Assembly: GCA_001780285.1 (NCBI GenBank)
Contig: MFGN01000021.1
Span: 11,122 to 75,121, forward strand
Reading direction: 5' to 3'
Length of the DNA stretch: 64,000 bases
Source: Candidatus Falkowbacteria bacterium RIFOXYD12_FULL_34_57
GTDB lineage: Bacteria > Patescibacteriota > Patescibacteriia > Patescibacteriales > UBA12075
The translations under genes were made by a program, and so were the position numbers. Below the pieces are notes generated by a model. The model was not told the DNA's origin. It did not search any database and saw only the letters and a program-made list of their open reading frames with translations. Of this stretch, positions 38,013 to 46,158 are shown one piece after another; positions within the stretch are counted from its first letter, which is position 1; each line of letters begins with the position of its first letter.

Positions 38013-38040
38013 ATATCAATGTGCGTGCTCACATTGATAT
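38013..38040. promoter_or_regulatory. 11-bp perfect palindrome overlapping an extended -10 (candidate operator/promoter of the MTase cluster)
   Basis: atatcaatgtg-cgtgct-cacattgatat; TGaTATAAT at 38035-38043, 49 nt before the start codon. Confidence 0.5.
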
Positions 38041-38091
38041 AATGTGCTAAAATATTAATATAAGGATGTGGATAAATAAAGTATTACTATT

Positions 38092-39168
38092 ATGAGTCAA
38101 GTAATTAAAAATAAGGATAATAAGTTTGATGTAAATAATAGAAAATACTTAGGATCAAAATATAAATTACTTGACTTTTTGGAGGAAAAAATTACAAAAA
38201 ATTGCAACAAGAATGATAAAAAATTTGATTGCTTTGTAGATATTTTTTCGGGTACAGGGGTAGTTGCTAATCATTTTAGAAAATTTTCAAAAAAAGTTAT
38301 AGCTAATGATATTTTGTATTCTAACTTTGTTATTAACAAAGTTTTTTTAAATTCCACAAAAAAGAACGTTGATTTAGAAAAAGTTGAAAATAAGATTAAA
38401 GAGTTAAATAACTTGAAATCTACAAAAGGATACTGTTATAAAAATTTTGGGAATTCATACTTTACCAAAGAAAATGCCTCATATATTGATTCTATTAGAG
38501 AAAAAATTGAATATTATAAAAAGACGAATAAAGTTACTGAACAAGAATATTTTGTTTTACTTACAAGCCTGATGTTTGCTATTGATAAAATTGCAAATAC
38601 GGTTGGTCAGTATGACGCATTTTTAAAACATATAGGCAAAGAGTCTTATAGTAAAGGAAAGCACTTGATTGATAATAATGTTAATAAAAAGATTTTTTTA
38701 AAAATCCCTATTATTTATTTTGACGGTATTAATGAAGTCTACAATAAAGACGCTAACGAACTTATAAAAGAAATAAAATGTAATGTTTTATATTTGGATC
38801 CGCCTTATAATAGTCGCCAATATGTAGATTGCTATCATGTATTAGAGAATATAATTAGATGGGAAAAACCAAAGCTTTATGGTAAAACAAAAAAATTTGA
38901 GAGAGATAATTTAAAAAGCAAATATTGCAGGAAAACACATTCAGTATACGCATTTGAAGATTTGATTAATAATGCAGACTGCGATCATATATTCTTAAGC
39001 TATAATGACGAGGGAATAATCCCGGATAATGAAATAGAAAGAATTTTAAAAAGTAAAGGTGATTTAAAAATCTATAGCCAAGATTATAATGTCTTTGGAA
39101 ATGGTGCGGGAAGTTCCAAAAAAAGAAAAGTCATAGAACGATTATTTTATTGCAAAGTAAAAAAATAA
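38092..39168 (+). CDS. N6-adenine DNA methyltransferase, Dam/D12 class (alpha-type motif order)
   Basis: 358 aa. N-terminal RKYLGSKYKLL, motif I FVDIFSGTGVV and motif IV LYLDPPYNSRQY. Confidence 0.85.
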   Translation: MSQVIKNKDNKFDVNNRKYLGSKYKLLDFLEEKITKNCNKNDKKFDCFVDIFSGTGVVANHFRKFSKKVIANDILYSNFVINKVFLNSTKKNVDLEKVENKIKELNNLKSTKGYCYKNFGNSYFTKENASYIDSIREKIEYYKKTNKVTEQEYFVLLTSLMFAIDKIANTVGQYDAFLKHIGKESYSKGKHLIDNNVNKKIFLKIPIIYFDGINEVYNKDANELIKEIKCNVLYLDPPYNSRQYVDCYHVLENIIRWEKPKLYGKTKKFERDNLKSKYCRKTHSVYAFEDLINNADCDHIFLSYNDEGIIPDNEIERILKSKGDLKIYSQDYNVFGNGAGSSKKRKVIERLFYCKVKK

Positions 39169-39170
39169 TA

Positions 39171-40412
39171 ATGCAACCCAAAGCTCATCTTTTTGTCGTT
39201 GATTGCGACACAATGCCAATACATATACAGAAAGGATTTTGCGGAATTGTTAAAATAAATCCGACCAATAGAAGAGGGCACAGCAATGTGTCCTTTTACG
39301 GCCAGCTATCTGATCTAATGAACATAAGCGTTGGAGACTTGGTATATTTCTACATGCAAACAAAATCCACTGATAGAAAATTTTTTCAGTTACAAAATCA
39401 GAATGATTTTGAAAAGTTAGGACAAGGCTACTACGGAGTTTTTAGAGTTATTGATAAACCATTTATTAGTGAGCGTGAGGTAAGGGGTGAATTTCCCTTT
39501 GATAATTTTTTTATTTTTGGATCAAGGGACAATGAAAATTATTCTAATTTTCAACAGGAAGAAAATAGATTGCCCATTTTATCAGTTCGCATTCCCATTG
39601 AGCCTATAAATGATTATGAGGATTTAAGAAATAAATTTGTGGATGACAATCAAGCTTATATTGATAAAACTGATGAGGGGCAATTATCTACCTTGCTTTT
39701 TAAAAAAATTAAAAGAAAAGGCGAAGAAAGGAGTATTACGCCTATTTTACCGGAGGAAGCAAGTAAAATTGCAAGATTGATTTTTAAACAGGAAAGAAAA
39801 AATTTTCCCTTGAATATAGGTAGAAATCTTGTAAGAAAACGAGAAGATGAGGAGAATATAAAATTAACTATGAGTTCGCGCGACCGAATAGTTCTCGACG
39901 TTGAAGCCATGCTTGAGGCTTATATATTGAATAATTTAAATAATAGTTTAACTCTCGGGCCCATTGATGATGTGGTGGGTAATTATGACGAGATAGAATT
40001 TTGCGGAAATCAAGTTCAATATGGCATATCGGGGAATAAGGTTGATATATTGCTATTGCATAGAAAAAATATTGCCGGTAATACAAATTATAGATACAGA
40101 GCCACGGTAATGGAACTAAAAAAAGAACGTATTAAATTAGATGATATTGAACAAATAATTGATTATCAAAAATGGATTGCTCAGTTAACAACATTTAATA
40201 ATTTAAAAGCAATTCAACCAATTTTAATTGGTAAGAGACCTTCGGCAAGAATGACAACGAACACAAAAGCAAAAATAAGAGAAAATTTAAACACAATTGA
40301 ACGGATAGGTATTTCTACTCCGAGATTTTTTGAATATTCTATAAATTTTAATAATGATCAGATAACCGATTTAAATTTTCAAGAATTTAACATTAATGAT
40401 TTAATTCAATAA
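39171..40412 (+). CDS. Uncharacterised two-domain protein; C-terminal NucS/DUF91-like PD-(D/E)xK nuclease motif
   Basis: 413 aa. GNKVDILLLHRK...YRATVMELKKERI..DDIEQIIDYQKW matches the ID(L/I)L...v.ELKr....v.Q...Y pattern. The N-terminal ~130 aa are beta-rich (PUA/EVE-like guess). It starts 2 nt after the MTase stop. Confidence 0.5.
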   Translation: MQPKAHLFVVDCDTMPIHIQKGFCGIVKINPTNRRGHSNVSFYGQLSDLMNISVGDLVYFYMQTKSTDRKFFQLQNQNDFEKLGQGYYGVFRVIDKPFISEREVRGEFPFDNFFIFGSRDNENYSNFQQEENRLPILSVRIPIEPINDYEDLRNKFVDDNQAYIDKTDEGQLSTLLFKKIKRKGEERSITPILPEEASKIARLIFKQERKNFPLNIGRNLVRKREDEENIKLTMSSRDRIVLDVEAMLEAYILNNLNNSLTLGPIDDVVGNYDEIEFCGNQVQYGISGNKVDILLLHRKNIAGNTNYRYRATVMELKKERIKLDDIEQIIDYQKWIAQLTTFNNLKAIQPILIGKRPSARMTTNTKAKIRENLNTIERIGISTPRFFEYSINFNNDQITDLNFQEFNINDLIQ

Positions 40413-40416
40413 GTTT

Positions 40417-41595
40417 ATGAAAAATAAAATTTTTAAAATTTGGGTTGATTCTGACGGGGATGTTAATCAAGGTAAATACTTTTTTGAAAATACCGACTTG
40501 AATAAATTAAATTGTTCAATCGAAAGAGTTTATTCAAATAAAACGGATAACTTTGCAAAAAATCCAAAAAAAATACAAGATATGTTGTATTTGGATAAAC
40601 CAGATGTGATAATCACCTATCAAGAGAATGAACAATCGATTGAAATTCCTGTTCTCTCTTTGGAGATTAGTGAGCAAACACCAATGGGACAAAATACTTT
40701 TCAAAGATTTCCGAGAGCAGTAGCTTCAGCAGAGCAAGGGGTTCCTTTTGTAATAATTTTTCCTGAAAAAGATTGGGTGCAGAGAACAAAAAAAGAATCA
40801 AGCGGTTGGGAAATGGCTTCGCCGTTTGTATTTAACGGATTGAAAAAATTATCAGAATTTCACAATATCCCTGTTTTTTCTGTAAACTGGGCGTGTAATG
40901 AAAAAAAGGTTTCGCATAAAGGGTATAAAAGTTACGACACGAAATTTCCGAATATGCCAGATTCGAATTCCGAAGAAATGAAAAAACTTTTCATTTTTAT
41001 AAATTTGTTGATACAAAACACATTAGGCGGTTATCAAACATCTAAATTACTTGAAAACAGGGAAATTAAAGAGCTGGTTGAAGATTTAGACGCAAAAAGA
41101 TTTTCAAGAGGCGGAGATTTCTTAAAAAAAATACCGTCGGCTAGTTCTGGCGGAATAGTTAATACAAAAGAGTTAAAAAATTATATAGAAAAGAGTCCGG
41201 ATATTAAAAAATTTGATACAAGTACATTTCCTGACTACATTAAAGCTCGTGATGAATCATTAATCTTTTATTCCGAAACAAATAACTTTAGGGCTGATCC
41301 CTATACGGGTACTATGCTAGTGTACGATTATTCATTTTGCAGATATGGCAAAGAAAAAACAGGAAGACACAGGAATCTAATAGTGCATTTTCCTAAAATA
41401 AGTTTTAGCGATATCGAATGTAAATATAGTAGTTACTACGAAAGAAGATGTCCTTTCAAGCCTGGCTCAAAACATGATAATCAATACTTGGCCCTGCATT
41501 TAAGGGACGGATGTAAGTTTACGAAAATCAAAGAATTTCGTATTTACTTTTACTTTGCCGATATAATAATTCTAAAAGATGTTATATTATTTTAA
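40417..41595 (+). CDS. Uncharacterised protein with possible PD-ExK-like motif
   Basis: 392 aa. DKPDVIITY...PVLSLEISEQ is the only suggestive motif. No family recognised. Confidence 0.4.
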   Translation: MKNKIFKIWVDSDGDVNQGKYFFENTDLNKLNCSIERVYSNKTDNFAKNPKKIQDMLYLDKPDVIITYQENEQSIEIPVLSLEISEQTPMGQNTFQRFPRAVASAEQGVPFVIIFPEKDWVQRTKKESSGWEMASPFVFNGLKKLSEFHNIPVFSVNWACNEKKVSHKGYKSYDTKFPNMPDSNSEEMKKLFIFINLLIQNTLGGYQTSKLLENREIKELVEDLDAKRFSRGGDFLKKIPSASSGGIVNTKELKNYIEKSPDIKKFDTSTFPDYIKARDESLIFYSETNNFRADPYTGTMLVYDYSFCRYGKEKTGRHRNLIVHFPKISFSDIECKYSSYYERRCPFKPGSKHDNQYLALHLRDGCKFTKIKEFRIYFYFADIIILKDVILF

Positions 41596-41598
41596 TTT

Positions 41599-42063
41599 AT
41601 GAGAGAACAAGAGGTTACGCTTGCAATTGAAAAGTATTTAAGAAAAAAAAATTGGGAAATATTAAGTTTGAATAATCCCTTTTCCGGTAAATCAGTTTGG
41701 ATAAAGCCTATTGGTGGCTTTAGGGGAAAGGGCACCTTGATTCCTGACATTATAGCGCGAAAAGAAAAAATTTATTTGATTGTCGAGTCGTATGAAAAAT
41801 TAAAAATAAAAGATATTGGAAAATTAGAAAAGTATTCTAAACCAGAATACTTAGATTCAATCAAAGAAATTTTTGATGAAGAAAGCCCAGTATTGGTAAA
41901 AGCCATGTCTTATCCGGAGCCTATAAAACTACACGGATATCCAAAAGATTTTATTGTCTTCGGAATTGATAATAATTATGCCGTATCAAGTTATATAGGG
42001 AAAGATAATTATTTTTTTGAAAAAAGAGAATTTATTAATTCAAATAAAAATATTTTTATATAA
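41599..42063 (+). CDS. Uncharacterised small protein with restriction-endonuclease-like motif
   Basis: 154 aa. LIPDIIARKEKIYLIVESYEKLK gives a (P)D...E..EK arrangement. Confidence 0.4.
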   Translation: MREQEVTLAIEKYLRKKNWEILSLNNPFSGKSVWIKPIGGFRGKGTLIPDIIARKEKIYLIVESYEKLKIKDIGKLEKYSKPEYLDSIKEIFDEESPVLVKAMSYPEPIKLHGYPKDFIVFGIDNNYAVSSYIGKDNYFFEKREFINSNKNIFI

Positions 42064-42064
42064 T

Positions 42065-42928
42065 ATGAACAAAGATAAAAAAGAAATATTCGATGAGAAC
42101 GGAAAAAGTAGAGGATTTTATTCTGAAAAAAATCAGATAAATGAATTAACCGGCAAAGAATGGCAGTATTGGAGTAAGTCCGTCATAACAAAGCAGTATC
42201 CTTTTAATTTTCAGCACAAACTTAGAAATGAACATGGGGGTCAAAAACCACCCGAATTATGTGCTGATTTAATTAAAGTTTTCACTAAAGAAAAGATGAA
42301 TATTCTTGATCCCTTTGCGGGCGTTGGCGGAACACTATTCGGAGCTAGTTTATGTAATAGAAAAGCAAAGGGAATAGAAATTAATTCAAAATGGACGAAG
42401 ATATATGACAAGGTATGTAAGCTAGAAAAGATAAAAAAACAAAAAATGATCATCGGCGATAGCAAAAAAATTCTCAAGAATGAAAAGAAGAATTGTTTTG
42501 ATATGATACTAACAGATGTTCCGTATTGGGATATGGATAAAGCAGAAAAATCAAAAAATAAATTTAAAAAGGTAGGAGAAATCTCCAAAGACAATAAAAG
42601 AAGTAAATTGTCAGAATTTAATAATTTTAATAATAAAGAACAATCAAAACAAGAATGGCTAGATGAGATGAAAGAAATATTTACACTTTGCTACCCAGTA
42701 TTAAAAAAAGGTAGGTATTTAGTTGTTTTTATCGGCGATATGTATAGAAATGGAAGATATCATTTTTTATCAAACGATCTTGCGAGAGTTTTGGAGGATG
42801 TTGGTTTTGTTCCAAAGGCAAATATAATATGGTATGATGTATCAAATCGTCTACATATATATGCTTATTGTTACCAATACGTTCCTAGTATGATTCATCA
42901 GAATATTTTAGTTTTTAGAAAAGAGTAG
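42065..42928 (+). CDS. DNA methyltransferase (N4/N6 family) with atypical motif IV
   Basis: About 287 aa from MNKDKKE. HGGQKPPELC, motif I LDPFAGVGGT, then ILTDVPYWDM (a D-x-P-Y variant) and LKKGRYLVVFIGD. Starts 1 nt after the previous stop (the ORF track gives 42017). Confidence 0.7.
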   Translation: MNKDKKEIFDENGKSRGFYSEKNQINELTGKEWQYWSKSVITKQYPFNFQHKLRNEHGGQKPPELCADLIKVFTKEKMNILDPFAGVGGTLFGASLCNRKAKGIEINSKWTKIYDKVCKLEKIKKQKMIIGDSKKILKNEKKNCFDMILTDVPYWDMDKAEKSKNKFKKVGEISKDNKRSKLSEFNNFNNKEQSKQEWLDEMKEIFTLCYPVLKKGRYLVVFIGDMYRNGRYHFLSNDLARVLEDVGFVPKANIIWYDVSNRLHIYAYCYQYVPSMIHQNILVFRKE

Positions 42929-42945
42929 TTATTATTAGTCAAAAA

Positions 42946-42973
42946 AGTTCGGAAGCTGTCCAGGTACGCGAGC
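42946..42973 (+). repeat. tRNA-3'-end-like junction motif A
   Basis: agttcggaagctgtccaggtacgcgagc. 27/28 identical to 43850-43877. Followed by terminator hairpin 42986-43018. Confidence 0.8.
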
Positions 42974-43018
42974 CCTATTGAACAGAAAAAACTTATCTAA
43001 AATTAGATAAGTTTTTTT

Positions 43019-43822
43019 GTGTTTTATATACAGAGGTCTTTCGGATTCGAACTTTTTAATGTTTTTTGGTATAATTTGTTTATTAACTGCAAAAATATCG
43101 AATTCTCAACATCACAAAAAGAAATAAAAAGAAGAAAAAAGGCATTTATATCTTTATGCATATTTTTTGGTGTTGGATTATTGTTTACATTATTATTCTT
43201 CAATTATCAAATTTCTTTCGGAATCGTATATATGTTATTCGGAGTATTGTTACTGACTGGAATTTTAACTTTTAGATTCTTGTCAAATTTTGCAAAAAAT
43301 ATTTTATTTATCGATAATAACAAAATTATATTAACTAACTCAAAAAATTCATCAGCAATTAATTTGTGTGAGGTTTATAAGATAAGGATAAAAAGAAGAA
43401 CGAATGGAGCAATCAGAGAAATCTATATATGGTCGAAGAACGGAAAGCCTTTTTTTATTAGCGCTTTTGAAAACGACTTTGATAGAATAGAAAAAATAAT
43501 TATCGATGGCATAGACAAAGACGTATTGATAAAAGAAGTTGTTGAGCCGCTTAATTTTGACCATTTTTTATTTTATCCTATCTTTGGATTATGCACTGGG
43601 GTTTTATCTGCTTTATTTTTTAATACGATATTTAATGCGAATATTCAGATAATCAATATCGCTCTTATTATTGCCTGCATATATGCTTTTGTCCTTGGAA
43701 TATTTTTTATTTTGAAAAAACCGATGTTTTCAAGAAGCGCGAAAAAGAATGCGATTGCTGATTATATTTTTGGAGCAATTTTGATTTTCTTCTCTATTGT
43801 TATTTTCTTAATAGGAATGTAG
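43019..43822 (+). CDS. Hypothetical multi-pass membrane protein
   Basis: 267-aa ORF with 5-6 hydrophobic helices. Start uncertain. Confidence 0.5.
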   Translation: MFYIQRSFGFELFNVFWYNLFINCKNIEFSTSQKEIKRRKKAFISLCIFFGVGLLFTLLFFNYQISFGIVYMLFGVLLLTGILTFRFLSNFAKNILFIDNNKIILTNSKNSSAINLCEVYKIRIKRRTNGAIREIYIWSKNGKPFFISAFENDFDRIEKIIIDGIDKDVLIKEVVEPLNFDHFLFYPIFGLCTGVLSALFFNTIFNANIQIINIALIIACIYAFVLGIFFILKKPMFSRSAKKNAIADYIFGAILIFFSIVIFLIGM

Positions 43823-43849
43823 ATTTAAATATTTTTTATAAACTAACAT

Positions 43850-43877
43850 AGTTCGGAAGCTGTCCAGGTATGCGAGC
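43850..43877 (+). repeat. tRNA-3'-end-like junction motif B
   Basis: agttcggaagctgtccaggtatgcgagc, followed by hairpin 43884-43919. Confidence 0.8.
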
Positions 43878-44017
43878 AAACAAAAGAGGTAATGTTATCA
43901 TAATATTACCTCTTTTTGTATTATATCAATTTTTCAAAAACCTTATAATCAAAGACCTGACCCCTTTATACTGCTTGGATATTGAATTTTTTAGTATAAA
44001 CTGTTAAAATAATCTAT

Positions 44018-44767
44018 ATGAAAGAAGTTATAAATAAACAAAATTATTACGAGAACTATGGATTTCTTGATAGCGATCTTAACGCTATGCATGATCACTT
44101 AAAATCTATGGGTCTACCAGATGATATTTTAGAAATGGTAAATGAAAAAGAAAGTGCTAATATTTTAATTCTGGGATCAGCTACAACTCAAAATCTTAAC
44201 GGAGTGAGCAAAATTGATAAATATTTTCGACCCGATAAAGTAGAACAGGATAAAGTAATTATTATAGACAAAAATTTTTACCCACTTAGTAAACACAAAA
44301 AAGATATAGATTGGATCGAAGGAAAAGATGGATGGACCAATCAACCAAAATCTACTCCCCAATTCCCCTACCCTAAATTTGAACTCGCTCAAGCAGATAT
44401 GTCACAACTACCTTTCGCTGATCACAAAATTGATATAGTAATTTCTGATTATACTCTTAATTTTTTAGATGACTTAAATCAGGTTGATAAAACTTTTCAG
44501 GAAATATCGTCCTCTCTATCTGAAAATGGAATTGCTCTAATTTCTTTTAGAGGGAATGAAAAATATCCACCAGGACAAGATAATCAGATCAATAATGAAA
44601 ATGATAAACAAGAGCACACACTAAGAGGAGGAGTAACGGTACATTATTTTCCATTAACAACTTATTTTAACATAGCTAAAAAATATAATTTAGAAGCTAT
44701 AAAAACAAATTCAATAGGCACTGATACCTTTGCGGTATTTATTAAAAAAGAAACCAAAAAAAATTAA
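44018..44767 (+). CDS. Class I SAM-dependent methyltransferase-like protein
   Basis: 249 aa. ILILGSATTQN (motif I-like) and IDIVISDYTLNFL (post-II/III-like). Substrate unknown. Confidence 0.5.
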   Translation: MKEVINKQNYYENYGFLDSDLNAMHDHLKSMGLPDDILEMVNEKESANILILGSATTQNLNGVSKIDKYFRPDKVEQDKVIIIDKNFYPLSKHKKDIDWIEGKDGWTNQPKSTPQFPYPKFELAQADMSQLPFADHKIDIVISDYTLNFLDDLNQVDKTFQEISSSLSENGIALISFRGNEKYPPGQDNQINNENDKQEHTLRGGVTVHYFPLTTYFNIAKKYNLEAIKTNSIGTDTFAVFIKKETKKN

Positions 44768-44788
44768 ATCTATTTATATAATAAAACT

Positions 44789-44816
44789 GGTTCGGACTTT
44801 ACTCGGTAAAGGGAGC
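44789..44816 (+). repeat. tRNA-3'-end-like junction motif C
   Basis: ggttcggactttactcggtaaagggagc, followed by hairpin 44825-44849. Confidence 0.6.
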
Positions 44817-44988
44817 TCTATAGAAACCGTCAATCTTGGCGGTTTTTTTGTTATGAAATCCTGAAAAAGTGGGTACCCAGGGGCTGGATTCGAACCAATA
44901 AAAATATTGATGTAATATTAGTGAACCATTTTATAAAAAACAGGTGTTGCACCTCGGAGTTGAATGTACCTAAAAAAGTAAGTTCTTT

Positions 44989-45027
44989 TTAATATTGGGA
45001 TTATGCTTTATTTAATACTGGGATTAT
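44989..45027 (+). promoter_or_regulatory. 16-nt direct repeat pair upstream of the small zinc-ribbon operon
   Basis: ttaatattgggattat (44989-45004) and ttaatactgggattat (45012-45027): 15/16 identical, 23-nt register. Confidence 0.4.
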
Positions 45028-45072
45028 ATGCAAAAAACGGTTAATTTTGAATTACACTTAAAGGAGGTTTAA

Positions 45073-45330
45073 ATGTGTACTGAATATAAAGAAATTTCTT
45101 TGGCACTAAAAGGAAAAATACCATTTTCTGATAAAGTAGAAATTTCGTGTGAATGTGGTAAAAACTTTACCGGAAAATTAAAACAAAATCTTCCCTTATT
45201 AGATTGCCCCGAATGTTTAAGAAGATATCAATTTTATCAAGAAGAAAAAAAATATAAAATAAAAATTCATCGCAGATTAACTGATAATGAACAATTTGAA
45301 GCAGAGTGTGCAGAAGGATTACACAAATAA
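45073..45330 (+). CDS. Small zinc-ribbon protein (paralogue of the 58966-59343 N-terminal domain)
   Basis: 85 aa. SD aaaggagg upstream. SCECG...CPEC..RYQF motif. Confidence 0.6.
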   Translation: MCTEYKEISLALKGKIPFSDKVEISCECGKNFTGKLKQNLPLLDCPECLRRYQFYQEEKKYKIKIHRRLTDNEQFEAECAEGLHK

Positions 45331-45355
45331 AATAAATAACAGAAGGAGATATTCA

Positions 45356-45691
45356 ATGAACTTATCAGGGATTAAAAATGAAGGTATTTGGAGAAATGAC
45401 GGATATGAAGAAGAATATGAATTCCTTAAGGATTTAGGAGTTCAGGCTCTAGCAGTGGAACATATTACAGTCGCATTTAAGGACGATAAAAGTTATTCAA
45501 CGAGCTTTGAGATGAGACATGTTGTGGACTCTGAAGGAAATCGTGGATTTATGTGTTTTGTGAGCAAAAGATTGCTCTATATGGATACATATCGTCAAGG
45601 TACGACACAAGAAGTATATGACGAAGTGAAAAGTATGGGCGAAACCATGCAACAGGAAGAACTTCGGCGGTCATGGCTTAACCTGAATTGA
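45356..45691 (+). CDS. Hypothetical protein
   Basis: 111 aa from MNLSGIK with SD aaggag 7 nt upstream (the ORF track starts at 45287). Confidence 0.5.
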   Translation: MNLSGIKNEGIWRNDGYEEEYEFLKDLGVQALAVEHITVAFKDDKSYSTSFEMRHVVDSEGNRGFMCFVSKRLLYMDTYRQGTTQEVYDEVKSMGETMQQEELRRSWLNLN

Positions 45692-45757
45692 GCATAACTA
45701 GTCTTTATCAAAAAATTTAAAAAATAAACATAATAAACAAAAAAGGAGACCAACAAT

Positions 45758-45940
45758 ATGAAATGCTTTCAATGTAAAAAAGAAATTACTAATGAGAGTA
45801 AAATGATTCTTATAAGTGCAGATGGTGATTTTGTCTGCGGACAAAATTGTAAGGATAAATATGAAACAGAAAAAGCACATTTCTTTAATGAAATTGTGCA
45901 TTCACCCGAAAAAACTGAATCATATTTACTGGGAAGATAA
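45758..45940 (+). CDS. Small CxxC...CxxxC protein
   Basis: 60 aa. SD aaaggag upstream. Terminator at 45956-45985. Confidence 0.5.
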   Translation: MKCFQCKKEITNESKMILISADGDFVCGQNCKDKYETEKAHFFNEIVHSPEKTESYLLGR

Positions 45941-45997
45941 TATATTCAAAAATTAAGCGACACGGAATAAACCTGTCGCTTTTTATTTCTTTAAAAC

Positions 45998-46025
45998 AGT
46001 TCTAATTCGCGTAAGAGTCGGGAGC
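45998..46025 (+). repeat. tRNA-3'-end-like junction motif D
   Basis: agttctaattcgcgtaagagtcgggagc, followed by hairpin 46035-46056. Confidence 0.6.
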
Positions 46026-46158
46026 ATTCTTAAGACCGCCAATTTTGGCGGTTTTTATATTGTGAAATTTAGAAAAAACGGGTGCCCCAGGACTGGCCCC
46101 GTAAAATAGCTTCGCTGTCACGGGGTAAAATTCGAACCAATTGTGCTATAATACAAAT

